DNA from: Seison nebaliae
Taxonomy: Eukaryota
Direction: 5' to 3'
Length of the DNA stretch: 64,000 bases
Assembly: GCA_023231475.1 (NCBI GenBank)
Contig: JALJEE010003038.1
Location: forward strand, 62,001 to 126,000
Positions within the stretch are counted from its first letter, which is position 1, and every line of letters begins with the position of its first letter. Below are positions 1-14,697 of this stretch, piece by piece. A program made the position numbers and the translations under genes. The notes under the pieces are model-generated. The model was given only the letters and a program-made list of their open reading frames with translations. It ran no database searches and was not told where the DNA came from.

Positions 1-99
1 GTGAAACATAAGAGAATTGAGGAAAATGAAGGAAGCGACAACGAAAAGGAAACAATCCAAGAGAAGTCGGGAGAAACTGTAAATGTTTCACATTTCTAA
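1..99 (+). CDS. 3' end of a gene entering the window (charged C-terminal tail)
   Basis: Open frame from base 1 (VKHKRIEENEGSDNEKETIQEKSGETVNVSHF*) ending in TAA at 97-99, followed by AT-rich sequence. No family can be assigned. Confidence 0.45.
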   Translation: MKHKRIEENEGSDNEKETIQEKSGETVNVSHF

Positions 100-247
100 A
101 TTGTTAGTCAATGAAAATTTTATTTCATATATCAATATCGATTAATTTCCATTCCATTTGCTTGTATAATATTTTATTTTCTGTTTAAAATTTTGTTCAA
201 TATATACATTATTATTCCTGCACATGAAATTCTTTATAGAAATTTAT

Positions 248-657
248 TTAATAAATAATTAAAATTAAAGAAATTAATATCACTAATATATTGATTGGTA
301 TTAATATTGTAGTTTGGTTACAGAAGTTTTCATGACAACATTGATTCTTCAGAAATTGTGCCCCATAAAACGATACCAGACAATCGTTTTTGGTTGCACA
401 TCCTCGATAATTAATAGAGAAGAATCCAACGTGCTACAATTATAATTAAAATTTATTTAAATTTCTATAAATTTCTTAACCAAACACCCGCTTGACTTTA
501 AGCAGTCAGTTATGTCGGTTTCGTTTAACAAAGGATTACTACATCTGTTTCCATTGCAAGCATAACAAAGAATCTTTTCGTCAGTTTCGCTGGATATTCC
601 GTTCGAAATATCTAACAATAGTATTAGTGTGGCTGTTATGAATTGTGGATTCATCAA
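248..657 (-). CDS. Ly6/uPAR three-finger (LU domain) protein, probably GPI-anchored; quiver/sleepless-like class
   Basis: Exon 1 657-481, intron 480-434 (GTTAAG..GTAG, 47 nt), exon 2 433-248. The spliced 120-aa product has a signal peptide, LCYAC start motif, 10 Cys, RGC, CCHENFCN terminal motif and a hydrophobic tail (ILIPINILVILISLILIIY). Confidence 0.88.
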
Positions 658-3600
658 TAGCTGTATGTGTTGAATTCCCAGAAAGCATTGGAAGAATGGG
701 AGAAAGTAACGAGAATTTGGAAGGAAGTAAACTTTTGTATTCGGGTAATAATCGTCCTACGCTTGAATGAAGTTCGATAACATTCTCATAGGAAATTTAG
801 AGTTGAAGTTTTTTCAATATTTTCAAAATCTTCCTATAAATAACGATCGATCACTCAACCAATTCTCTCTGACGAATACAGAGAGAATATTTGTTACTGC
901 AGGCAATAAGGTACTACAATAAGGAGAGTTAGAGCTGTTCGACGACAGAATAGAGATTTACAGATAAATCAATGGTCCAATTGAGTTGAATGGTAACTTT
1001 ATATTTCATTGAGAATGTATAATGGCTCCCAGTTGTTAGGAATGATAAAATATCTTCGATAATTCATTCATTAACAAAGAGGAAGTTAATTTAATAATTT
1101 ATTTAAATAAATTATCCAATTCTCTCATTCATTACCATAGAGGAAACATTGTCTGTCAGTAATTGAATGAGTTATATTACAAACTGTAGAATAGTTATGT
1201 CACATGAATTCCATAGTAATTTATCGAGTGTCATATAAATAATTGGGAAGTCGAGGTCATTCATTTTCAAATCTCAACTAAACAACGCGAGTCGCTCCTA
1301 AAATGTTTCTTTCAAGTAAGTTTATTTGCCTTAAAAAACGTATTTCATACCATATCAGTGACACATAGTAAGAAGATCTTTTAAAACCATTTGGATATCT
1401 TTTCTTTTCGATTCAAATTGTTCATTGAACAATAAACATTCTGTTCTATATAAACTAATGGAAAATAAAAGGATGATTAGATTTTTAAATATTTAACTTA
1501 AATCTAAAATTGGCAATAAGTAAAGTTGACTAAAATTAATCAGATTTGACTAAAAGTTAGTGTATTGGGAAGGAAATACGACGTTAAATCGGGAGATCTG
1601 GAAGAATATTGCGACTGCTGCCAAATAGATATTTGACTATAATGATTAAATAACATTGAAGTGGAAATATAATGGGAATTTACTCATAATAATGTGAGAA
1701 TAAATAAGAAGGTTCAACATCTTCTTTGTTGGGATGAATTATAATAGAAAACTAAATGGAAAGAACTTACCAATGTTGCCGGTTAAAAGAGAACACCAAA
1801 TATTTTCTTTTGGATGATCTTTAGCTTTATTTACAGATTTGTTTATGGTACAACACCATGATGATGATGATGATGAATTCTTTTATATCTTCAAAAGAGA
1901 AAACGATAGAACTCATTTAAATGGAGAATATATGTTCACAAATGAAGATGGGCCAAATTGTGCTTCCGAATAATTCTACTGTGAGAAGGTTACTCTGAAA
2001 AGAAGAATGATTATTCCACACTATACACAGCAAAACACGTTCCACATAAAATAATCGCATAAGAATCACTATTTAATTTTGAGAAGAAAATACTAAAAAA
2101 AAATTAATTTTTCATTTCTTCAATTATGAATATGTCTTATTGGTTCGGCATTTCCTTTCCCATAAGTGGATTGGGTATTAATACAAAAACTATATATCTT
2201 AAAATAGAAAGAATTTTTTCTACAACTCTCTCTACACAATGTCTGGTCATGTAAGAAAGATATTTCTTATCTATTTTTTTCGTACATATGACTAAAATTG
2301 CTATGCGGATGGAATGATCGATTCCAATAATTTAAAATTTAATGCATTATTTTAAACAATTTTGCCATCTTCTCATTCCTTCGTCTTATCGTTCATAATG
2401 TTAATTTTGATGGATACAGAATATGATGATATAGATTTGGGAAGTGCTTATTGTAAGTTGAAAGGTGAAATAGTTTTGTAGAGTAGAAAATTAATCGAAT
2501 TTGATGATAATCAGAGTCCGATATATTCCTCAGATATTTAAACTTCCGAATACTAATTACCGGATGTTTACGTCCCTATTCTCCTACTAAGGAGCACTAC
2601 TACTATTAAAGAAGGAATATGTTTAATATTCTCTAATATTCAGATATTGATCAAAAGTTATGTTAATTTACCAATTACTCAAAGTACTTGTCGTTAATGT
2701 TGTTCCCGAATGTTTTAGTTGCGTAGAAGTACTGGAAACTGTTAAATTGATGTGTGGATTGAAGAAATACAAATATATATAATACTATTTTCTTCATTTC
2801 TTTTTCAAACCATCTTTAATTTATTTTGGTTATTGAACGAGCATTAATGTTTACTTGGAAAGAAATGTTATTTTTTTTAAATGGAACTTGAACTTCACAT
2901 TCTTCTGCGTTTATATGCTTTTCGAATAAATATTTTTCTTGGATTATTATTAGTGTTATTACGTAAAATAGTTGAAAGTAATGATAAATCTTATCAGTAG
3001 TGTATCATATTGTTTTTTTTATAGTAAGTTAGAAGGAGGAGGAGCAGTGTCTTATTTCTTAGTTGGTCGTTTAATATTTCATTGAAATTTAGTAGGTTTC
3101 TTTAGGGGGGAAGGAATGAAGGAGAATATTTCAAATATTTTTCAATAGGTAACAAAAAATAGTAAGGAGAAAACGTACTAAATTAGTTTTGTAATGACAC
3201 ACAGGAGCAGAGTTGGTTGAAGTTAAAGAGTATAATAGATATTAATTTATTGAAAATAAATTATTATACAAATTTAATTTTTTCACTGCTGTAAGCAGGG
3301 TTAAACGAAGCTTTCATACCATCAACCAGCTGTCGATGATGTACATCAATAGAAAACTTCATAACTTTTCTAATCATGTGAATCGAATAGTTAAAGTGGA
3401 ATTTCCAATTCAACCGTGCATAAATAAGAAGTCACTGTCCCACTGGTTTCTAAAATGAGTTAATATATTGTCGTTCGTAGTGTATGCCACTGATTATTTT
3501 CACACTAATTCCGTATCTGACTTATAAAAAATAAATGAATGAGCTGGAAGTCAGATTGCTATGAAATAGAAGTAATATTCACTTATCTTTATACCAAGAA

Positions 3601-4691
3601 TAATTATATCATGTAATCATAGAGAAGATTGGGTGGAGGAGAACTGAAATGTAAAAATTTTTAAATAATTTCCTCCAACACCATTATGAACGTCGCTCAT
3701 GAATTAGCTCATTACATTTCTACCGCTTACTCGGATTTCCCATATTGATTTAGCAAATTGGTTACCTCATACAAATCGTAGTACATAGAATGGTTACTAT
3801 AGTCGGTTGTTTTTCTATTATTGTTGGGCTTGCTGCTGTGGATGGAGATGAGAATGATAGAATGGTCTGAATAAAAATGAACCGGTAATAATAATTTAGA
3901 TTGTTCAATTGTTAATCTATGTTGGCAGGGTAGCGATGTTAAATATATTAGAAATAGTGGATATAATAATATTCATAATTTAAAAAATCTTTCTATATCA
4001 ATAATGTAGGATTAATAAGAATGCATCGAATGGTATAAACGCCTAAAGCAACTAAAGAAAGAGTAATTCTATATGGAGAGAATGCACGAATTGCTGCAAA
4101 CCATCTACGAAAGAAATAAAGAAAAATAAGTTAAATAACAGTGACTCGATCTCCAACATTTAAAGAATATCTTTCGCCGAATATCTTTAGACGAACATTA
4201 TCAATATTAACATATCTCAACAGCTCGGTTTATAAACATATATTTATATTAATATATATTCATATATTCATATAACAACTCTAGATGAGTAGACGTATAT
4301 CTGTAAATTCTACACGTTAACCATTAACGGTCGGAAATCTTGATAAGTAGATCGATAAGTATTACATATACAATTCTTTATTGTTCTTAGTCGTTTACAA
4401 TTGTATATAAAGTTTCTATATTTCCACGAATAATCCAAGTAGTTCACTACCATATAGAAGACGAATATTATTTTATTTCGTATATTCCTTCGGATTATTT
4501 AGTGATGCAACTCATTACTCGGTAAGCTTATTGTTAGGTCTTGGTGAATATGTTCCACATCCACATTACAAACTTACACCTACAACATGGTGACATATAC
4601 TCTGATCACTGGTCTTTCAAATATACAGTATGTAATTAAGATTATGATGGAAACATGTTTTCCTAATAGAATCGGAATAGTACCGATTTGT

Positions 4692-4693
<2 letters not shown>

Positions 4694-4725
<32 letters not shown>
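4694..4725. repeat. (TA)n microsatellite
   Basis: Uninterrupted TA dinucleotide run. Confidence 0.95.
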
Positions 4726-4728
<3 letters not shown>

Positions 4729-7700
4729 TTTTTTCTATTGAACTATCATACGTTCGTCTTCCTCCTTCTTAAACATTCGATAAACGTTCTTCTCCTTTAT
4801 ACTTACATTGCCGCCTTAAAGCATTTACAATTATTAATTTATCTGATTTATTTACAATCAAAAGAGTAGAGTTCAACTTCGACCTTCTAGATGAATTGAA
4901 GATTGTTTAGATCTTCCTTCATCATTCATCGACCAACACAAATGTTGAAATACTGATCCGTTAAACCGAAATTGTTAACTTTTCGAAATAGAAAACTTAT
5001 ATTTCATTTGACCTCTACCGTTCATTGAATCGTTAAATAGAGTGTTATGATTGTCATAACTTCGATTACACTTCCCACCATCGACGTTTTAATGTTCGGT
5101 TTCTTTTAAAGAATTAATGAATATTTAATGAACATATTTAATTCTTTCTTTAATTTTAAATTAATATTTTTTTCAAATCATTATTTTTCATACAGATACT
5201 AATAATTGATTTGTTCTCGTATTAGTTTATGTCGATATCAATTTTCGCTGTTGCGCGAGCCATGCCAATTGTTGGTACTAAATGAAACTGCATAGAAATT
5301 TATCAATAAATCAACCAGGGATGTCATAAAGTCGTCGTATCTTGAAGGATGGCTTCCGCCTATTCGTATCTTAATGCATGGATGCCATACTTAATGCGTG
5401 GCAGTCCATCTCAGCAACAGCAAAGCAATGTTAGTCGAAATAGTTTCGTGTTAGTATTATCTTTAATAATTTCATCGACAAAAGATCGTTCGGAATAAAT
5501 AAATTTTGGAAAAAAAAACTTATATATTGATTGTCATTCAATATTATCGAAAAGACAACTGAGATTGTGGGTTAATATAAAAGGAAAATATATTTCCTGT
5601 ACTAATTGTGCAAGCACTTGTTGGAATAACACATGAATGTTATGAGGGGATATATAATCTTAAAATATACTATTATTTTTACTATCTGTTCATTTTTGGC
5701 ACCGAAATGTTGTTGGTTTCCACCATTAATAACGGACTAAACTATTCTACCGGTCTAAATTCGCTCGTTTATTTCTTCTGTTACCCAAAATGGGTTTTTT
5801 TTAAATTCATAATAATAATAATAATCAAACTGTTGAAAATTTGTCCATAAGACTTTTAAGAGCAGAGTCTTAACAGGAAAGTTGGTTTTTATTATGTGTA
5901 TTAGTTTTTAAGCATAACTTTCTCTTCAAAGAAAATTCGATAAATTCCTATCTTTTGATTTCAAATTTTCGTTTTCAAACAGAATGTTCAGAAATAAGTT
6001 CTTACACTTAAATTTCTCATTGGAACTTACCTACTTCACATACAGATAGTTCGTGAAAATGATTCTTAATTTTACTATATCCATCGCTTGATATAACTAT
6101 TATTGACATAGTATTTGCATGAGCATTGTTATTGTTGTTCATATTTCAAGGAGAAAATTATTTTTAGTTAAGTACATCATTCAACAATGTTGATAAGTAA
6201 GAATTTTATATTATTATTAATATTGTTGTTAATGTTGTTGTTGTTATCAGTTGGTTGAATGTAATTTCAATCAAATTGCATGTTTGAAGTAACAAAGGAT
6301 GATAATTAAAAAAACTCGAATTTCTCCTTAGGCGACAATTCTCATTTTATGGTATATTCACAATTGATCTAACTATATTTATAAAGTGAAATTTAGTTTA
6401 TTATTTCTTCATTATGTGAGCCAACATCTTTTTCATCCGTCTTTCTAATTAAAACGGTCGGTTTTTTTTTGTACAATATAAATTGAATGTTGATGAGAAA
6501 TGTGAACTGTGATTTATTTATTATGTCTCTCCGTTTCATCTTGTTGATGTGGCAGTATTTGGTGCAGAGGAGTGATTCCAATTAATTTTTGGATATTATT
6601 CTCGGATGAAATGACTGCCATTAAAAATCCTTCAAAATTTCTTTATAATTTAATTATAAATTTAATTATTAGCAATTTATAAATCTACATTAATTTCTCA
6701 TTTTTCTCTATTTGATCCGTGTTGTTCCTTCGACATTTGGTGCCTCCTGCCAAAATATTGAGATAGCTGTTTCATTGAGCATGATGTGCGGATGATGTGC
6801 ATTAAATAATTATTCGTGACAGAAATTGTGTGCGCTAAAGGGATTGCACTTCAATTGATGTTATCTCTAATCTGAAGTCGAATTTGCACAGGAAGAATAT
6901 TTTCCTCTATTCTATCCTCACTCACTGTCGTACTAAAGGAAACTCTTCATATGGTAAGCAGAATAGAAAAAATAGAATTCTGTTTTTTACAAGAAGGATT
7001 TAAATTCATTATCCATAATCAAATACTTATCTTCGACTGCCACCTCCCATTCCACCAGTTCAACGAATATACAATTAAACGTTGAGTAGATTAATCACAT
7101 TTCTCCATTGACGATGAAGTCGCACAAGAGATTTTTCATGAACAACTCATTGGAAGGACGTGGATGTAAGTGAATGACAGAAATATCTCATGATTATCTT
7201 TCATAATTATATGTAAGTGATTAAGAAGGATCACTCGCAAAAGACTTATTTATCATCGATCTACCCATAAATGGAGGTGATGACGAAAGATGCATATCTT
7301 TTGCAAAATATATTCCTGTCGGGTGGAAGGTACGTGACTGCGGCCTGATGCTGAATATTTATTAGACTGTCTATTTTCTTATACAATCATTCGTCATCCG
7401 TGCATAAATCTCTAATTCAGTCGTCTTCTTCTTCTTCCACTACTCTCAGTCGGTGATTATAAAAATATAATGTCATTTATTCTAATGCTGCGGAGTTGTC
7501 TTTTTGTTGCATATATCTGTAACGATAAGTTTAATGAACGAATTAAACTGAAGACATGTAACATGTACAGTATGTAGTTTCCAGCTACACTCACTATTTG
7601 TGTGGTGCACATGTAGAAGAAGACATTCATTAGAAATTGACGTGCGCTCCTTTACATAAGGAACTGCCTGATGCATATGCGAATAATTTATATGCGCAGA

Positions 7701-10700
7701 TAACTGATATACTTTACACTCCGTATAACGTATAATTACGGTATTAAGTAAAATAGCGAACTAAGATTCATGTAATTTATAATAATTATTCGATATACTA
7801 CAAGGAGGTAAATATGGAAACGAAAAAAAATACAAAGTATCGATCTTTAAATAAGATGAAGACGATTAAGTTATAACTTCAGTCACTTTCTTCCAACCCG
7901 AAATGCATCTTCACTCTACAACCATTATGCGAAGTAATAACGGTTTGTCAAAAATATGACAGATTAATTATAGACACACTACTAGATCGGACATTCCTGA
8001 AAAACTAGTGCAATAACTATCTGCAAAAAGAAAGATGTAATTGATGGTAACGAACGTATCTCTCTCATCATCCACTCTTCAATGAGTGTTACTTACTCTA
8101 CTAGAGTATTATTTATAAATTACCAGAGAAATTGTTTGATTTTTGTGAATTTTGAATGAGAAGAAAATATTGCTCGTTGGACAATATTTGTATTTAGATC
8201 ACATAGCAAATATTTAATTTGTTTTAGCATCATGTCATCATGTTCAATTTTTTTCGATTTTTTCGAATTTAATTCGCAAATTTCTTACATGAAATATGCC
8301 CAAATATATTGATATATCTCATTATACTTATTCCAATTGAATAGCAACAACGTGATGGTATTGATTATCAAATACACATTTTGTAAATGATCATGGCTGC
8401 TATAATTAATCTCACACATTCTTGTCAATGTTAAACTCAACTTCATGAATATCTGTCTCTTCTTGAAAATTTACTGACATATTATGTAACGGAAACATTT
8501 AAGAAAACTAATTTCCATATCAGTTCCATGAAGATTTCTATGATATTCGATGAGGTAATGTAACTAAGCTTAAGTCGAATGAAATATCGTAATAATAATA
8601 TTTAATGTTGGTCCTTCCAATGTTTATAGTTATTCCAAAAACAATTCGAATGTTTTCCTTTCCATGAATAATATTCGGAAGTAATTTTTAGGAGGCACTT
8701 CCCATTCTCCTCACACCAAATATTTAATGGTGAATTTTTATATGATGTACATAATCTAATTATTCGGTTTCTCATTGAGATAATTTTCCAAAAATTATCT
8801 TAATCTTATAATATTAATACGTATATTTTTAGTAATAAGTAACAGAATGATGAAAGTAGTATTGGCAGTGATGCGAGAATTTTCGTAATAATTTTTATTC
8901 TCCAAGATTTTCATAACAATGCCACAGTTAATAAAGTGGATATTGAAGTAAATATTTTCCTAATTGTTCTAATAACTAACTTTACTGAGAATTACTAAGC
9001 TTAATAATAACAGCTGAATGGAGAAATTGGGCTTATATGTAGAGATCTACTTCGATTTCTCATAGTACAATTAAGGAAATGTATTACTCATTCATTTAAT
9101 TATGTTGAAGTTTGCATGTCCTTCCGATATTTTGAAATCATGTTCCATTTGAATATGGTTGAAATGGTCTTGCTATTTTCATTACGGAAAATTTTACATA
9201 TTTACTTTCTCTTCTTACACTAGATGTATAAATTATGAAACAATTGATGATAGTGACAATATCACTATCTCTTCTAGTATCTCTCTTGCAACTATTAGCA
9301 TTTGGAAACTCCCTCCATCATTACTCGAACATTTCGTTTGGAAGAATTGTAGGACGAACAGTGTCAGTCATACAGTTTCTTATAACTGTAACAACTCAAC
9401 AAAAAAATTACCTACAGCGTCAATTCTCAATTACTTCCTCTAAAATTTAATTTCAAAAAAAAATTGTTTATGTTCAAATTTTATCTTTAATGTTAATTAA
9501 TACCTTATGGGAATTGCAGAATGTATCTACCATTCTTGACTATTCTGTAAAAGTCGATGTTGCACGTTTGGTTCGTTAATCCTTTCTTATTTATTTTTCG
9601 TGTTCAATCTTTAAAAAAAATGTCTTTTTACTGTTATTCATCTGGTTGCCAGTGTGGTGATGTTTCTCTAAAACAAACAACTTTTTTTACTATTTCTGAT
9701 GGTGATCATTTGTAGTGATATTTGTTCTTTTCTTATGTCTCTATATGAAACAAAATTGGAAAGAAAATACATTCGACATTTATGATAAATTTTAAATTTC
9801 TTAAACTCCATTAATCCTGTTACATAAACATATTTTTGGTTTATTTTCAAACGATCGTAAACAAAAGAATGGCAATCTTTTGCCTCTGTATAAATGCGTC
9901 AATAATTTATTTGGGACGATCAAATCAGACATTGAAAAGATTGGAATATTTCAACTTTGATATAAATTACTTCTCTCCGGCATTCATCGAACAATGTGTT
10001 TCCTTACAAGAACAAACTTATTGAGGAGAAGTTCAATTAACTGCTATTTCTTTGTTGAAACGACCAATAGTTTATATAGTAGGCACCTCTGGTCGATTGG
10101 AAGGAAAACAGAAATTGGACGTAGATAAATAGGATATGGATGGATCTGATATTTTCATCAATCGCAATTTTCATTTTGCACTCATCATTTTATATTACAC
10201 AAGAATGTTTCGCCATTTATTTTCCTCATCATTAATCATTTAATAATCCGTATGAATATTTTTCTTGTTTCCTGCCTATCAGAAATTCGGATACTTCTAA
10301 ATATTAGTTCATCATTATCGTCATCAAAAGAGATGTACGTAAGAATAGTCCGCCTACACATCATGTAATGATTTGTTTTACTTTTCCAAGTGATACCATT
10401 CCAATATTTATGTTTCCGAAACTGTAACGTTCCCAAAAGTTTTTTTTAATAAACTATACAATCTGGTAATGTTCGTTCCATAATGTATTATTTCGTTTCA
10501 TCTCGAATATTATCCAATTTGCTTATTGTGCAGTGGATGGGAGAAGATGTGGATGTACCTAACGACATTATGAAATGATAATTGTGGATGAGATTATGTT
10601 CATAACGATGAGAAACAAAAGAATTATTTATAACTAGCGTTTAACTTATTCATTCTACGGCAACATTAGAAAAATGTTAAATTAACAGGAAAGTTAAAAG

Positions 10701-12417
10701 GTAGAATTTGAGAATTTATGTCCGAAATAACAACTACTAATACATATGTAGCAGTCAGATTTTGGTTTAAGTTGACTTACGATTGTGCTGAAGGGAAGGT
10801 AGATATTTGTATAGTATTTGAGAAACGGAAGGTATTGGCAGTGTATGTGAGGTGGGGAAAGAAAATGTTTTAGCAATAAGAACCGTTTTAGATATAAGTC
10901 GTAGAGAAACACAATGGTATCGTGCATCGTTCATTAAAACATGTTATGTGTTATATGCTGTAATGATGTTGTTAAAAGGCGAAATTAATTCCATCTAAGA
11001 AAACTGATGTTTCAGTTGCTTGAGGTGTATGTGTAGGGAAGAATCCGGCACATATAATATGCAGAACATTTTTTTGGTTGCTTGTGATGAAACTACTGAT
11101 TCCATCAGATGCATACCCGTCTGCGTTTGTATACCAAGTTCACGATGCATGCAATTATTTCTGATGGTGCATATGTATTGGGATCAGTGTAGTGTATGTC
11201 TTTGTTCACCGACAATATATTTTGAGGATAATTTTGTTAGAACATATACATATGAGTGTTTGCAGTTGGAGTGTCACTGACTAAATGAACAGTTCAATGT
11301 CTGTGCTCTTTTATTCCTTCTTATTTCTTTCTACGTTTCCATTCTCTTATTACTGATTGATGGGAAAGAAATAAAATGAATTATATTTCTTTATATTTTG
11401 ATCCGTGCATCTGATGACTGAGCTTCGATGTCTGTATCACTAAGAAATTTGTGCGCAAAACTTTTATGTTTTCCATTAGGCGAATTATGCTGTATAAGTT
11501 GAAGTTTCAGATGAAAAGTATTTCATATTTTACCCTTCCGCCATTTCCTTCAGTATCTCAAACGTTGATGATGATTTGGACTGCGAAAAAAATGGAAATC
11601 AATGCCAGTTCTATCTTGAATAGAACTACGAAAAAAATAGATTGTCAATTGTTTCTTTCTAAAAAATTTTGTCGGAAACAAGTCGATACGAAGTATAAAA
11701 ATAACGAACGAGATAATATTCTTCTGAAAATTCTTCTAGTCATTTGAATGAGAAAAAGATTGTCACTCGAATAAGATGAACAACCATCAGTATAATATTT
11801 ATAATTATTATAATTCTGATTGTAATCATTATCATAATCATGTGCAGGCAATCTTTTCCTTCCATACGAAAAAGGAAACATCTTATTTATGAAATATTCT
11901 CCAATTCATCTTTTCTTATTTCCATCGCAAACATTTCTTTCCGCTTCCTCTCACTTTTGCACTTATGTAATCAGATGTATTGTGCGAGCGGAGAGATTTT
12001 AAACAAAGCTCTCATATTACGACGCTACAATTTAATTTTAGTTGAAATCGCACAAAAAAATATGGCATATATATATATATATGGAGGAGAATCGACTGAT
12101 ATATCGACGCATACACACGATTGTTTTTGAGATAAATACTGATAGATGATGAAACTTATAGTTATCTATCTGTCGTTCTATGACGTGGCTCTCACTGATC
12201 GTGCTCCAATAATAGGATAGTCGACAGATAATGCTTTCAACTACGCACAATCAATCTTTCACGTGTATGGAATGAATGATAGTATGAGACATAAGTCATT
12301 GGCATACTCAAAATTAAATCAGAAATGTCGGATGCCTATATATATATGTATGTGGCAACAGTGCACAGGACGTATATTGACCTTACTTCATTCAAGGAAC
12401 TTCTAACTTTTGTGTCC

Positions 12418-12448
12418 GTGTGTGTGTATGTGTGTGTGTGTGTGTGTG
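12418..12448. repeat. (TG)n microsatellite
   Basis: TG run with one interruption. Confidence 0.9.
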
Positions 12449-14458
12449 CGTTTGGAGGGGGGAATGTTTGTGCATTGTTTGAGAGAAAAGAAGAAACAAT
12501 AACAAAATGTTTTTTTTTATTTAAATGACAAAAATTGACGCAGTTCTGCACATCTGCTACTATTACGTCGTCTTTATATTTAGTTATTATTCGCTTAGTA
12601 TATTCGAAATTTCCAATGGGGAATTAGCAAAACATTCTTATCATATTCTTACATAATTAAATTTTACATCAATATTTCTTATTTATAGTAATTAATTATT
12701 GGAGTTGGAGAGTATACATGTGGAGTTTTACTGTTGGACTATTACGTCCTTCTTCTCCTCCCAATACTCTAGTGTTCGGAGAGGACACATGTGGAATGTG
12801 CATAGAACTTCCTCTCAATTATTATTAGGAGCAATAATGAATGCATGAATGAATAAAAGTATGAATGATTCGATATATTGTTGTAATATTATATTGCGCA
12901 TATATTAGCATGTATTTCATACCGATGCCAGTCCGTCGACTATGTATATGGTGCGGGAATTATTGGAGGTATAGGAATTCTTCAATGTTCTCATTCGGGT
13001 ATCATCATTACATCTGATGTGAAATATAATTAATAAATAATTATAATAGCCCACTCTTCGGACAAATAGATGATGATCCTAAATCGAAATGTTATTAGTT
13101 GTCATATATTCAGTTCCTTCGAATCTTTCCTATCTGGAATTTCCCATTGAAATGTTCGAATAATCATATCGCTTCATGTGCAGTTATCTGGTGAATGGTT
13201 GAATTGCTTCTACGTCAAATGCTCCCTTTAACAACCAATTAATAAAAGATGAAGTTGAATATTGTGCGAAGTTGAGGAACAAAACATAAAACTGCTATTG
13301 TTTTTATTCGTCAATTGATCAATTTAAGAGAGAATTTATGTAAATAAAAGACAATTCCTCATTAATAGATAATCAATAAAATAAAGCAACAAATTAAATT
13401 CAAATTTCTTCTTCGTTTCTTCAATGGACCGTTATTCTCCTTCTTTTCATCAATTCACTTCTTCCAAAGATCGACGATGGTACAATTAGAAAAAACGGTT
13501 ATCTGAAGAACATAATCGGTAGAATTCTAGTCGACTAATTCGAACGGGCAATAGGAGACTCCATCAGATATCAATTTCTCATTAGTAAAAAATAATATTT
13601 ATGGGAAATGTAATTAGAAATATTTCTACTATTCCTCCCGATATTTTGTAATATAATTCTTTCGGATATACGGAAGAACAATGTGCTAAAAATAAAGAAG
13701 ACTACTGATTTAATCTTCTCACGACTTTCGACATTACCTTGACGTTTTTTCTTCTGACACAACAGTTAATCTTTGTCAGCAATAGATGAAAAACAGCGAT
13801 GAAGATAATAATGGTAGTAAAGAAGAAAGAGAATTTATTTCACAATATTTACTATGCTCGAATTCTATTATCAATTTCATTATTATAATGATGACTCCAT
13901 TTTCTTAAATAACTATCCTTCGTTTTCTTTTGTATTCAATATTTCTGTTACATATCACTTAAAGATTGAGGAGAAAACAATTAGATGGTTGTCATCTCTC
14001 CATCTGCCTATCCATCTTCCATCCAAATATTGTCCCTTAATATGATGGAGAGCGTTTGTGGAGTATCGCACTCATTCTTATTTCATCAACTTTCTTATTG
14101 TGCGATCGGTCGTTGATCATATAGATAGAATATGGATAAGATAGTGTTTGCAATATAATAGCTCTTCTCATTCCATTCATAAATATTTGAATTCATTCTC
14201 AATGAAATTGATGTACTTCTTTAATTGTCATACCTTCTTTAACTTTTTCCGTTGTAAAAACCCATCTTTCAACTCCAACAAATTTGTTCACTCTTTCTTG
14301 TTAGACACATAACTAGTGCAAAACAAAAGCAAATCCAACTGTCTCTCGTTTCCTGTGCGTAAGGAAATATTGATTGGATTCAAGGTTCTCCAGGAATCAA
14401 ATGTCTAACATTTGATGAGATAATGTATTGAGCGTACAATGAATAGTTTCAATACATT

Positions 14459-14697
14459 ATGATCTCGTCAATTAGTCGGACAGTTAACCCGAAATATGGA
14501 ACTGTTGGTGGTGGGACCGGATCAAGCGGTGCGAACGCTAGTTCTTCCGGTGAACGTAGCATGTATCCTCGACATCATCCATACAATCAATTTTATCATA
14601 TGCACCAACAACCACATCATTCGCAACAACAGCAGTTATCTTCAACGGCGAGCAGACCAGAAGACTCACTTCTTTCATATGATGTGTATCGTTATGT
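14459..14697 (+). CDS. Probable first coding exon of the Shaker/Kv1 gene (N-terminus)
   Basis: ATG-initiated, locally GC-richer frame (MISSISRTVNPKYGTVGGGTGSSGA...HQQPHHSQQQQ) with composition like the Kv1 N-terminal region. A phase-2 donor GTTCGT at 14698 fits the phase-2 acceptor TTTCCTTCTGACAG ending at 17370. Confidence 0.6.

Noticed and set aside
3208..3333. TCAACCAGCTGT (3322-3333) equals the 3' half of miR-133, with a partly complementary AGTTGGTTGA about 100 nt upstream
   Set aside because: The seed does not match and the arms are too far apart for a pre-miRNA hairpin.
3633..3682. TGGAGGAGAACTGA resembles miR-184
   Set aside because: Seed base missing, wrong arm and weak hairpin.
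9235..9450. 71-aa ORF with a signal-peptide-like start
   Set aside because: No cleavage, amidation or Cys pattern; hydrophobic starts are common by chance at this base composition.
11533..11580. Possible minus-strand micro-exon (CAG|SKSSSTFEILKEMAE|GT)
   Set aside because: No partner exons or host gene could be identified.
5608..14045. Many 60-100 aa ORFs in the gene-poor block
   Set aside because: F/I/L/Y/K/N-rich composition expected from AT-rich non-coding DNA, often non-ATG starts, no motifs and no linked exon structure.
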